Origin: Paraspadella gotoi
Taxonomy: Eukaryota; Animalia; Chaetognatha
NCBI GenBank assembly: GCA_051294375.1
Contig: CM119267.1
Span: 11,605,553 to 11,669,552 of the forward strand
Direction of reading: 5' to 3'
DNA length: 64,000 nt
This document shows positions 1 through 12,570 of the stretch, piece after piece; positions within the stretch are counted from its first letter, which is position 1, and the number at the start of each line of letters is the position of its first letter. Both the position numbers and the translations under genes were made by a program. A model generated the notes under the pieces. That model was not told where the DNA came from, made no database searches, and saw nothing but the letters and a program-made list of their open reading frames with translations.

Positions 1-167
1 CAACGAGGCGCGGAAATTTTCTCTTTAAAACAAAATTTCATGATCTTAGAATCATTAATTAAATTAAAATCACTCGAGAGAAAGTAACTTTAATTTAATA
101 CTTTTAGTTTTTAAAACAATCGATTGGCGAAACGCTCTCTCTCTCTCTCTTCTCTCTCTCTCCTCTC

Positions 168-220
<53 letters not shown>

Positions 221-783
221 CTCTCCTTTCTCTCCTTTCTTGCTTCATCCAGGCGTTTCATTATTCACCGAGTCTTCGCTCCTTTTCTTTTCCTTTTTTT
301 CCCTTTTTTCCCTTCACTTTTATCTTTTCTCTTCTTGGCTCATCTTCAAGTCTCTACGCCAGGGGCAAGAATAGGGGGCACGAAGGTCTCGCTGCTCATC
401 ATTCAATCACTAAGTCTACTCACTAGACAAGTTACACCTTTTTTTATCTCGTCTTGTTTCAACTCCCCCTGTCGAAAAAAATAGTTTTCAAATGGATTTG
501 CGAGCGGCGGGGTCGTTCTCTTTAGCGGCCATGGCTAATATTTTCGTTTTTTATGATACGTTATTCAATTTAATCTCACTTCATTTAAGGAGCTTTTACT
601 CTTTACGGACAATTTAAGACACACGTTACTATAATTCACCTTAAAAAGGCTTAATGTCTTTATCGCTAATGACTAAAAAAATCTTAAACACAGAAAAAAA
701 GAACATTGAACCAGTACATGTGTTTCCCTGAATCTTGTTCTTTCAGAAAAGTGCGTCTAGCCGAGGCACAAGCAAGTCATGTT

Positions 784-820
<37 letters not shown>

Positions 821-840
821 GAAGAGAGAGAGAGAGAGAG

Positions 841-885
<45 letters not shown>

Positions 886-1432
886 AATAGGAAATTAGAG
901 CGGCGACGATTCGCCCGCTCGAAAAAATTCTTGAATAGTGACTCTGAGCCTAAAATCGGTGAACATCGTGAGGGAGAAAGGGAGGAAAGGGGAGGAAAGG
1001 GGAAGAAAGGAGGAAAAGGAGAAAAAAAAAAGAGAAGGCAAAGACGAGATAGGAAAAAAAGGAGGAAGGCGCGGCGGGTATCATGAAAATTATCAGGAGG
1101 GAAGGGGATATGATATTCTGGTGGGATGAAGCATTTGGAAAAATTATCATTCGCGGACAAAGGAGGAGGAGAACGAGGGGGGAAAAAGAGGAGGAGGAGG
1201 AAAGAGGAGAGAGGAGGAGGAGGGGGGATCCGGAGGGAGAAGTTTAAACACTAAACAGAGCTCTGCTTGGGGGGGGGGCGAGAGGAAAGAGGGGAGGAAT
1301 TTTCGGATAGAGGAGAGGAGGAGAGGAAGAAAGGAGAAGAGAGTTGAAATTTTGGTCGGAATAAGAAAGTTGGATTGTGATTTGGCTTTGAGGCATGAAT
1401 AATGGATTCCTTCCATTACGAAGAGAAGAAAT

Positions 1433-1495
<63 letters not shown>

Positions 1496-2619
1496 AGATT
1501 TATAAAACAAAACACCGAAAAGGAAAACGAAATCGTTTTTTGGAGAATATGGGCTCAGTGGCTTCGTGTTTCTTGATACTTTTATTTGTCGCAAAATATA
1601 CGGTTTTTTTTATGTTTTTTTTTTGTTTGTTTTTTATTCAATTGAGTCTTTCATTGATCAACTGTACAATCATGTTTAAATTTATTTGCTCATATTTTTC
1701 TATTAAAAATATTTTTTTTGTTCCTATCGTTGGTTGTTTATCACCAAGAAAAAGGATTAAACAACAGAAACGACGACGACGCCGACGAACGAGATAGGAC
1801 AGAGATCACGACCGGGATTCATCAGGTCCATAAAACAACATCTGTCCTCAAGTCTTATTAAGTTTCCCTGGAGAAACTTTCCCCGTCGCATGGACACGAC
1901 GTTGACGAACGACGAAGAGAAAAAAAAACCATAATGGAGATTATTGTCGTGAATGTATTTATCAATTATGATAAACAATCGCGTATTAGTTTTGAAATGT
2001 AAAGTCATGAAACTAGAATCAAGGAAATGATATTGAAATGTATTTGAGAAGAATGAGAGGGAAAATTCTCAGCCAAACGCGACTTTAACTTAGCTTTTGT
2101 TCTCACTCTCTGTGTTGTGACCGCTGATCTCGAATTGTTTCATCTTGATCGACAGACGACGACGATGACACGACGACGACGACGCACGAGGTCGATCCGT
2201 CCATCGCAAACTTCAATTTCAGGGTTAATTTTCCGAAAAATGATGTGAAAAACAGAGAAATTGATTAACCTCCATTCCTTCTACTATTAACTAATCTTCC
2301 CGTTAGTACCTGAGGAATGAGGATTGGGGACAACTGTCGTTGAATAGATAAGCCAGACCGCCAATTCTTTGATGGTCCGAGCAACAAGGATATAAAGATT
2401 GTCCTATCTCCTTCTGTCTCTCTCTCTCCTCTCTCTCCTCTCTCTCTCGTCTCTCTCTCTCTCTCTCCGTCTCGTCTCTCTCTCTCTCTCTCTCTCACGC
2501 TCTCGTTATCCCTTTCCTTCAACTTCTTCCCCAATCTTCTCATTCTACTTCGGAAGACTTCTTCCTTCCTTCCCTTTGATCAATTTTTATGATGCAACCA
2601 GGCCATTAATAGCGCGAAT

Positions 2620-3575
2620 CGAACGCCGGTTCTCGGAACCCAGACGCGTCACGCCGTTACCGCGGTAGGCTTTGTTACTCGGTGCCAAAATCGTCGACTC
2701 GGAGGAAGGAAACGGGGCCGTTGTCTTTTAGAGAGAATGTCGCCATTTGGTTCCGGTTTCATCCTTCGATCTGGAAGAGAAGAGGGTGGAAAGGGGGGTG
2801 GTAATGGGGGGGGGGAGAATGTGAGTCGGTGAAGAGTAGGTGAACGTGAAAACTAGAGAGAGGAGAGTGACGTGAATGGAGGGACAATAGAGTGAATTTA
2901 AAGAGAGAAGATTAGAGTAAACCGGATGTGAAAGCCTCAGACGGGATCACCCTGTGAAGAGGTTGGGTGAAACGCGAGTGGAAGAGAAAGGGATTGTGAG
3001 AACATGAGATCGAAGTGAATAATAAAACAATAAAGTGAATTAAGAGAGAAACTCTGAGTAAAACGAAGGTAGTAGAAGCCTCGGTTGGGATCTCCCTGTG
3101 AAGAGATTGTGAGAAACGTGAGCGGGTGAGAATAAAGTGATTGTGAAAAGTGGAGAGAAAAGTGAATAGAGGGACAATAGAGTGAGTTAAGAGAGGAGCT
3201 CTGAGTGAAAGGGATGTGAAAGAGTCGGTTGGGATTGCCTTGGGAGGCTGACTCGAATTCTCGGCGCCAAAGACTGCCGAGAAATCACTCAACTGTTTTA
3301 CGACCGAGAGTCTTTCTTCGTTCTTCAATCTCTCGCTGTTCTTCCGACTGAATCGTGATCTTACTGTTGGACACTGTTGGTGGCTTTTGTTGTTGGCGTT
3401 GTTGTAGCTGATTGTCATATTTATCAAACGACGACAAACTTTTTGAAAATATGATTCACTAATCTATAGGACCGAATGTCGTGGGATTCATGTCTAATAA
3501 CGCATAAAGTTGCAAAGCTGATTCCTTGATCGGCTGAAATCTCATAGACAATGAGCCAACTTCCGATGCTGACCT
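2620..3575 (-). CDS. Possible exons of an unidentified minus-strand gene (~3575-3460, ~3407-3240, ~2770-2620)
   Basis: Complex sequence blocks, each preceded by a CAG acceptor on the minus strand (e.g. EVSIGSWLIVYEISADQGISFATLCVIRHESHDIRSYRL). I could not fix a single consistent phase chain. Confidence 0.2.
2873..3241. repeat. Degenerate tandem repeat, ~145-bp unit, ~2.6 copies
   Basis: Units start with GTGAAT..ACAATA(G/A)AGTGA at ~2873, ~3015 and ~3162, and share the GGGAT..CCCTGTGAAGAG motif. Confidence 0.75.
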
Positions 3576-4130
3576 CTGTGACCCAAGCGAACACAATAGA
3601 AGCAACGAGTGAAAGAGAGAAAGGGAGAAAGGGGTCATAGCAGAGAATAAACAAAATAACACTTTGGAAAAAGGAAAAGAGAGTGAGCGATAGAGGAGAG
3701 AGCGTGTAAGGAAAATAAATAAAAACAAACACACTAATAAATTGAAACGGAGAAAATAAACCAAAAACTTTTAATTTATTTATTTTTTTATTAAATAATT
3801 TTTTTTTCGTGATTCAAAGGTTTGGTTTCCAATTAATATTTATTCTTCAAACATTTTCAATTCCGGAATCTTCACAAACGTTTTACAGTTGAACCTATTT
3901 TTCATTTTTCTTTCCTTTTCTTTTCTTCCAGCCTTACCTTTTCCGTTTTTTTTTCCAGAGGGCGTCGTCGGCGTCGGGCTTTAATGAGCCCCGCTCGTCG
4001 GTGGGGGCGCTTAACTCGATTTTTGTTGCCGGCGTGGTTAGTTAGGAAGTGAGAGCGAGAAATAAAAAAGGGAAAAAGTCGGGAAGAAACCTTTTTCTAA
4101 AAGCATTTGTGAAGTGTTCATATTACGAAT

Positions 4131-4256
<126 letters not shown>

Positions 4257-4778
4257 ACTTGAGACCTCTTCGAATGTCGAGACGCTCTTTTGATATTTCG
4301 GGCGGAAAGAAAAATAATTGGTGGCCATAAATTAGGCGTTAAGAGTGTTTACGTGTTCATAGAAAAAGGGAAAAAAAGGAAAGAAGCGAAAAAAAGGGAA
4401 ATGGATATCTTATTTATCTCCACTCAGTTTTTTTTTTATGTTTTCTCTCTCCGTCCGGTTTTAGTCCCTTCGCCCCTTGTTTGTATTTTTATTTAAGGTT
4501 AAGATAACCCTCGAGTCTTGACTCCTTTAATATAAACAAAAATTGTAATGGAAATCATAAAAAATGGGAAAGCGTTGTCAATCTTTTTTATGACTTCTCA
4601 TAGAAGATACTTCCTCTAACAATGATACCATAAATATTTAATGATATTATCAACGTTTAATGTTTTTCTCATCAGTCCCCTCCAACTCCGAATGCCAAAA
4701 TCAAAACAACTGTAAATATTTTATGAGTTTTCATTCTCTTTTTATATGTTTTAGTGAGAGGGAGCGAGATCGTAAGAA

Positions 4779-4871
<93 letters not shown>

Positions 4872-6633
4872 TTCCTTAGACTGTAATTTATTATTTCGTA
4901 GTCTTAAGATAGTTTTCGATGCAAAAATTGTATCCAATTATTTCAATGTCTGACAACAGAGCTCATCCGTTTTTTTTTTTCTTTTCTTTCCTTTCAGTTT
5001 ATATTTTCCATTAAGATATTTCTAGGCCACGTTTTTTTCTTGTTTCTTTTCTTTTCATTTTTCGTCTTTTTTTAGCCTTTTAATAAATAAAATCGAGGAA
5101 GACGAAAAAACGGTAAACTGTTTCATACTTNNNNNNNNNNNNNNNNNNNNNNNNNNNNNNNNNNNNNNNNNNNNNNNNNNNNNNNNNNNNNNNNNNNNNN
5201 NNNNNNNNNNNNNNNNNNNNNNNNNNNNNNNNNNNNNNNNNNNNNNNNNNNNNNNNNNNNNNNNNNNNNNNNNNNNNNNNNNNNNNNNNNNNNNNNNNNN
5301 NNNNNNNNNNNNNNNNNNNNNNNNNNNNNNNNNNNNNNNNNNNNNNNNNNNNNNNNNNNNNNNNNNNNNNNNNNNNNNNNNNNNNNNNNNNNNNNNNNNN
5401 NNNNNNNNNNNCGCCCCGACGCCATCGACCCCCTCCTCTTCATCTCCTTATCAGCTTCTCCACCCCCTTCTCCTTGTCTCTCTCCCTTTAATCCCTTTGT
5501 GGTCTTGTAATGAATCGAATGACGCGGAGCTAATGAAGAAAAAATGTGATCCGAAACCGCAGCGGTCGAGTTACATCCGGCCGGGGTTAATGTACTAGTC
5601 CGAATGTAATTTGTTTTGGATGGGAATGAAAGCCCGGGAAATTGGCGCCGTTCAATTTGTATTCGTGTTTTTAAGCCGATAGACGGCAGAAGGTTTAGCA
5701 AATAGACGAACGAATTATGGTAGAAAATTAACTACTTAGCGTGATGCGCGAAGACTTTGGAATGCCTAATTGATCGCTGGCTTCTTGATTCTGATTTAAA
5801 GTTTCACTTTGGTGATCATGTTTTGTCATTCGTCTGGTAGTGCAAGGATTGCTGACCTTTTCTTTTTTTCATTTAGTTTCTTAAATCCTAAACTAAGATA
5901 TTCCGTTGTAAACTTTCTTCTTTCTCCTACAGACTTCTTTCTTTTCCCCCCTTCTTTTTTTTTCACATCCGTTTTTCATTCATGCTCTTCTTAAATCAAT
6001 TTCAGATTTTCACTGTTTGCGTACTTTCTTTTTTTTCTCTCTTATCTAAATTCCTATTTTCGCTGTTTGCTTGTATTCTTTCTTTATTCTTTAAGGTTTT
6101 TGTTTATCACTGCTTGCTAGTCTTTCTTCCCTTTGTCACATTTCCAATTTTTCTTCCATCACCTTCTTCCCCCACTTTCCTATTTCCCTTTTTTTTTCAG
6201 AACTTCTCCTCCTCTCTCTCTCTCTCTTTCCTCCTTCTTATTCGTCTCATTTTCCACGACGGAGACGAATTTATCTCCCCTTAAAACTCGCGCCATTTCG
6301 CCATTAATCGTTTTCGCCCTTAAAATTTTTTTTTTCATTAAACAAAATTTGCGTCGTTGGAACTCAATCGCACGACGCTGATAGCATCGAACGGCAGATG
6401 GTGGCGGGCCTGAGCGGAGGGACCGTGGAAATGGCCGAAATGGAGGTTTAGGCGGCGAACATCGTTCTCTCCCTCCTCTCTCTCTCCTCTCTCCTCCGTC
6501 TCTAGTCTCTCTCTCTCTCTCTCTCAATCTCTCTCTCTCTCAGTCTCTCATGCTCTCTTTCTCTCCTTCTTTTAATTCTTCCTTCAAAAAATCATCGTCG
6601 TCGTCGTCGTCGTCATCGTCGTCGTCCTCCTCG

Positions 6634-6666
<33 letters not shown>

Positions 6667-8772
6667 ATTCCTAGACCTTTTTTTTTTTGCCTCCCGGGCA
6701 ATTTGGCAATTCTTGGCCTCTCCCTTTCCCAAAAATAGCCGGAAACCGCAAAGGAGAGACGTCGGTAACGATGGCGGCTGCTGCGGCTGCGGCGGNNNNN
6801 NNNNNNNNNNNNNNNNNNNNNNNNNNNNNNNNNNNNNNNNNNNNNNNNNNNNNNNNNNNNNNNNNNNNNNNNNNNNNNNNNNNNNNNNNNNNNNNNNNNN
6901 NNNNNNNNNNNNNNNNNNNNNNNNNNNNNNNNNNNNNNNNNNNNNNNNNNNNNNNNNNNNNNNNNNNNNNNNNNNNNNNNNNNNNNNNNNNNGGGGGGGG
7001 GAGGGAGAAAGGTGTTGGGGGGCGTGGTCATCGCTCGCGCGCCAAAAAGGCAAGGGAAATGCCAATGGAGATAGCAATAGCAATGGTAATAGCGATGGTG
7101 ATTGTCTTGGCCGACGGTGAATGTGAGCTAAATGTGGGTTAGAGGGTCTGGAGGAAGCGCGTGTGGCTTGAATTACGTTTCGGCCATTTACTATTTAATA
7201 ATTTATGTAGTTTAGTTTAGTTTAGTTTACGACAGAAAAGTTGCTATGTTATTATCTGAAAGAGGAATGATTTTGCTGATTGATAATTTATATATTAGTT
7301 ATAACAATTTTATGTAAAGACGAAGTTCGAAGAACACAAGAAAAGTAATATGTTGGTCTCACAATTTTTTTCGTTAAAAATCGTCAATGTGCCAAAGTGG
7401 CAACGCGACAAAGTCGCCGGGACCTAACGATAAAAACAGCCTTTGGCGTCGCGGGGCGAAAAAAAACCCGATGCAAACGACGACGTTTGTCGGAAATCGT
7501 AAAAGATGATGGGGAGTCGAGAGTCGAAGCCGAGGAATTATTTTTCAACTCTTGCCACGTTTGCCACTCTGGCCACTTTTGATGCTCTTGCCACTCTGGC
7601 CAGTTCCGCCATCCAAAATTCCTGGGCTTCAGAAAAAAAACAGAAAACGGGCTTAAAGGCGGAGAGCCGCTGGGATTTGGTGGAGATGGCCGAATGGTTG
7701 CCACAGGGGATCGTTTTTTGTTAAAAACCATTCGAGCCGTATCTAGACAACGAGCGTTTATACGTTCCCCTTTTCGCGAGGTCCCGTCTCCGCCTTGGTG
7801 ATAAAAGACCAAATAGCGCGTCGCGTCTTCTTCTTCAAGACATCGTGACGTCGTAAACAAGGATTTGACTGAGAAGGTAAACCGAGGCGTCAGACAGGAA
7901 ATTTCACCTTTGACGACGAATGAAGTGAAAACGACGTAGAAAAATGGGTCAGATGACCGCGATTCTTCTTTTGGCTCTCATTGCTTTGACGGCAGCAACG
8001 GTTCCATTGGCTTCGTCTTATGATGATTTCGATTGTTTGTTGTTAACTTCATTAGCTCGATTATTGAGGCAGAGAGCACCGCGTCGTTAAGAACGACTGC
8101 TAAGGCCGAATCGCGTCTTTGCCCTGGATATTTCTGCTTCTTTGGACAGCTGAGATGGCAACGAATGGCTGAAGGGCTCAATCGTCTTTGATGGCATCAA
8201 TGGTCGCCGACTGCTCCATCGCCGCCGACGTCCAAGATGGCTCCCCCCGGTCCGAATGGCCACTTTTATTGCCTTGCATTTACCTCCGTATGCAGAGCCC
8301 CGCCTCTTCTTTGTCAACATCGCGTCGGCCGGTTGCCGAGAGGCGGCCGGATCCTTTCCTTTTTTCCGGCCGACGACCGGAAACCATAAAAACTGGTCCC
8401 GATCTCTTAACCGTCTTTCTCGGCGTTAGATGTCTCTCTTTTTCTTTTTCTCTTTTCTTTTTCTGTCGCGACCCTAAAACGACTTTCTTTTTTCTTTTTT
8501 TCTTTTGTGTCTCCATTTTTCTTTTCTCTCTTTCAATCACCATACGTCCATTTAACATTCGAAAACTAATTAATCCGTAATTCTGTTTTTATTTATTTTT
8601 TCTTTTCTGCCGACTCCTTCTCACGGAATTTCAGGTAAGTCATCGAAAACGTTTCATTCTGGTCATTCTCATATTCCAAGTCTGACCAAAAATAACACCA
8701 AAAAAATTTAATTTTCATATTCGGGTGAAATCAGCAGAAGGGATTTCTCTTTCTTCGACGTTCATTAATTCA

Positions 8773-8893
<121 letters not shown>

Positions 8894-9107
8894 AAAAGTC
8901 CACTCTCTTTTGATCTCATTTCACCCTCTCTTTTTTTCGTTTGGTTTTCCTCATTTTTTTATTTCCTCATTTTTTTCTCTCTTTTACTCTTTCTTTTCTC
9001 GTTCTTTATTTGCTCATCCATTGGCCTCTCAAACCCCATAATATTTCCCCGGGATTACTCCCCCCTTTTTTCTCTTTCTCTCTCTGAAAAGGCAGCCTCG
9101 GTTTTCA

Positions 9108-9138
<31 letters not shown>

Positions 9139-10102
9139 TTCTTCCGTTCCTCCCCCTTTTCTTTTGCTCATCCTCCATTTTATCTTTCCTTTCATTTCGT
9201 TTTGTTTTCTTTTTTCCTTTTTCCTTCTTTCGTGTTTTTCTCTCCCTCGGTCGTATTTTTGTGTTTTCTTAAAATTCCGACGCTCTCTCTCACTCTCTCT
9301 CACTCTCGGTCCCTTGCACTCTCTCTCACTTCCTCCTGCATCCCGCTTTTTCCTTTCCTTCCCCTTTTCCTTTTTCCTTGTTTTTTCTTTCTTCCACTTT
9401 TTTTGCGGAGGGATTTTCATTCAGCCTTTTTTTTCCTTTTCTTTTCTAAAAACCATTTAATTTTTCTTACAAAAAGCTTTAAAAAAACGTTTTTTAACTG
9501 CAGTCTTTTTTTTTTTTTGTTAAAAAAAAATGACGAAAATCGCCTCAAAATACAATTATAATTTAACGAAAAGACGCTGAAATACCACTCGAGCGAAACG
9601 CTCAAATGCCATAAGAGAGAAATGTTTGAATGCCATTAGAGTGAGATTCTCTAATGACTTTTGCAAGAGACGCTTGGTTGCTTTTTTTTTTTTTTTTTTT
9701 GCCAAAGAAGCACAAACCCGCCAACGACGATTTTTTTCCATAATTATTTGTAAAAAAAAAGGCTCAAATTTGTCTTTTTAAGTCATGATTATCGCTCAAT
9801 GTCAGTTAAATATTGTCATTCAAGAGAAACACTTTACCCAATCAATTTGTCTCGAACGAGACTGCCAAATCTTCCGTTTAATATACTAATAAGTTCGTTC
9901 GATTCTGACTCTCGTTTAGTATTTCCTCGATTAAGCATCGTCGATCCTCTTTTGCTTTGACTCCTAAGAAAACCGGCATTCCGCAAATCTTCGATCTAGG
10001 CCACGCCCACCGCGAAAAAAAGAGTAACAAGTCGTCGAACTCTTTTTCCCGCCATTTTCTTCTTTTTTTTTTTAAATCGAAGAGGTCGATCCCTCGAGAG
10101 AG

Positions 10103-10151
<49 letters not shown>

Positions 10152-10301
10152 AAGAGAGACAGGAGCGACTGAATTTTAAAAATATAAAGAGAGGAACGCT
10201 CGACCGTATGATGTTCAATATCGAGGTCGTGGAGGGATCGTAACATCTGAGTGGAAGACTCTGCGATCGAAGAAAGGCATCCAAGGAGGAAAGCGACGAA
10301 G

Positions 10302-10662
10302 ATGTCGAACGTTAGGACGTTGCAGGATCTCTACGAATCCGGAGGCGGAGGCGGAAGCGTGGCTTCGCGTCCGGCGCCGAGGCGCGTCGACCCGAGTGAG
10401 TTGCTGGGAAAAGGTGGATGAGGCGGGGTTCGGTATGGGAAGAGAAAAACGTGAAAGAGAATAAAATGGATTTAAAAAAGAAAACCCGTTAGCGCGAAGT
10501 TCAGAAAGAGAGTGTGATGGAAGCTAAAGAGCACAAAAAAAAAGAAAGAAAGAAAAAAGAAAAGTGAAAAAGGTGAAAGCGCTTAGACTCGAGTTAGAGG
10601 AAAAGAAAATTGGATGAAACTGTGACGTCGAACGTTGACTTTCGGGGAGAATGACACCTCAA

Positions 10663-10755
<93 letters not shown>

Positions 10756-11901
10756 TCAACAATTATTTCCAAACTTCCCCCACTTTTCGCCCTCTCAATT
10801 TTCCATCCAAAAGAGAAGTCGAGTTCCACGCCGCGAATTCCCGAGGATCCCGTCCCGGCTTCGTCCCGCGCTCAGCCACGCGCTCAGCCACGCCCCCCGA
10901 CGCCGCTCGACGAGGATCTCGTGCGGCACCCGGCGCGCGCCATCCTCACCGAACTAGGAATGCGGAATTTCGTGGACGCGGCGCTCCCGGCGCTGCAGAA
11001 GAAGTTAAGGGGCGTCGTCTTTCCCGATCTCGTCTACGGAGATGACGATGACGACGACGAAGACGGCGACGGCGAAAACTTCAACGCCGACGACGAAGTG
11101 GGAGGGTAAAAACAGCCTCTATGGAAACGGGGTATCTCACCAACTAGCTAAGGGGATGCGAACTGACAGTGACTTCCTCCTGTCACTGGCATGTTTAATC
11201 TGGTACCGTCACATTTAAGCCAGAACCGGGATACCCATGGATTGGGACGAGATGATTTAGTTCGCTAGGCCAATGTGGCGAGGCTGAGAACGGACAGGCG
11301 CACCGCCACACCTCCCACCGTCAGAATTACTTGACTGTTTTTTAACTTCCCTTTCTTCGCCCCAAAGTTCAAAGAACCAACGCTCCGTCCTGCGCCAACG
11401 AGCGTCAACCGACGCCAGTTCCGTTTCCACTTCCGGCTCTCATCGATCATGGAGTTCTTCGGCGGTGCTCTCCGACATTCGCGCCGATTTCGACGTGGAA
11501 GATTCCTACGTCGCCGTCGGTGAAGATCACATTCTCTGGAGGATCCGGGGAAGCGTCAAAGCGGCGGCTGCGTATCGTTACAGGTTGATAGGAGAGGGAA
11601 GGAGTCGGAGAGGATCGTCCGTCTTGGCCTCTGATGTCTTTGCAAGATTTTCAGTACCGAATAAGAAAGATACTATTTCAGTTCTATTCGTGATTTCCAC
11701 GTTCACCACGGTAGAATAATGAAAAGAAACTTTTAATAATGATAGAATAGGCAAACTTTGTGGTTCTCTCCACGATTGTAACCACAAACAGACAGGCAAT
11801 CTTCCTTCCAACGATTGTTGTAAGACTTAACTTTGTTCCAATTTTCGCGACTGCCAATCTTGACGGAAAAACCTTCGCCCTCGCTAAAAAAAGTTTAAAA
11901 A

Positions 11902-11967
<66 letters not shown>

Positions 11968-12534
11968 AGAGAGAGAAGAGAGAGAGGGAGTTTTCCATAG
12001 AGAAATGAGATGTCACTTATTCTTTTTCGTTCAACAATGAGGTCTTCGTCACTGGAGCGTGTCGCGACAACCTCATTGAAGATGTCGACTTCATCATCAA
12101 AGAGCTCCTCTCCACTCATTCCATCTTTTTCTCTTTCATTCTCGATCACTCTGACCTCCGAGTCCAACACATCCGTTGTTTAACACTTTCCCGTCCGAAT
12201 CCAATTTTCACCCAAGACTTTTTATACTCCGTTGGATATTCTTTCGCTGCTGGAGAGAGGGAGAAAGAGAGANNNNNNNNNNNNNNNNNNNNNNNNNNNN
12301 NNNNNNNNNNNNNNNNNNNNNNNNNNNNNNNNNNNNNNNNNNNNNNNNNNNNNNNNNNNNNNNNNNNNNNNNNNNNNNNNNNNNNNNNNNNNNNNNNNNN
12401 NNNNNNNNNNNNNNNNNNNNNNNNNNNNNNNNNNNNNNNNNNNNNNNNNNNNNNNNNNNNNNNNNNNNNNNNNNNNNNNNNNNNNNNNNNNNNNNNNNNN
12501 NNNNNNNNNNNNNNNNNNNNNNNNNNNNNNNNNN

Positions 12535-12570
<36 letters not shown>

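Noticed and set aside
7943-8089. 48-aa ORF MGQMTAILLLALIALTAATVPLASS... with a signal-peptide-like start, a possible leader for the BPI gene
   Set aside because: It ends in a stop and I found no convincing donor with a compatible phase. It remains an alternative to test by RNA-seq.
8625-8641. Perfect CAG|GTAAGT donor upstream of the BPI gene
   Set aside because: The frame needed to join 10326 has a stop at 8578-8580 and no ATG. At most it is a 5' UTR exon, with no acceptor identified.
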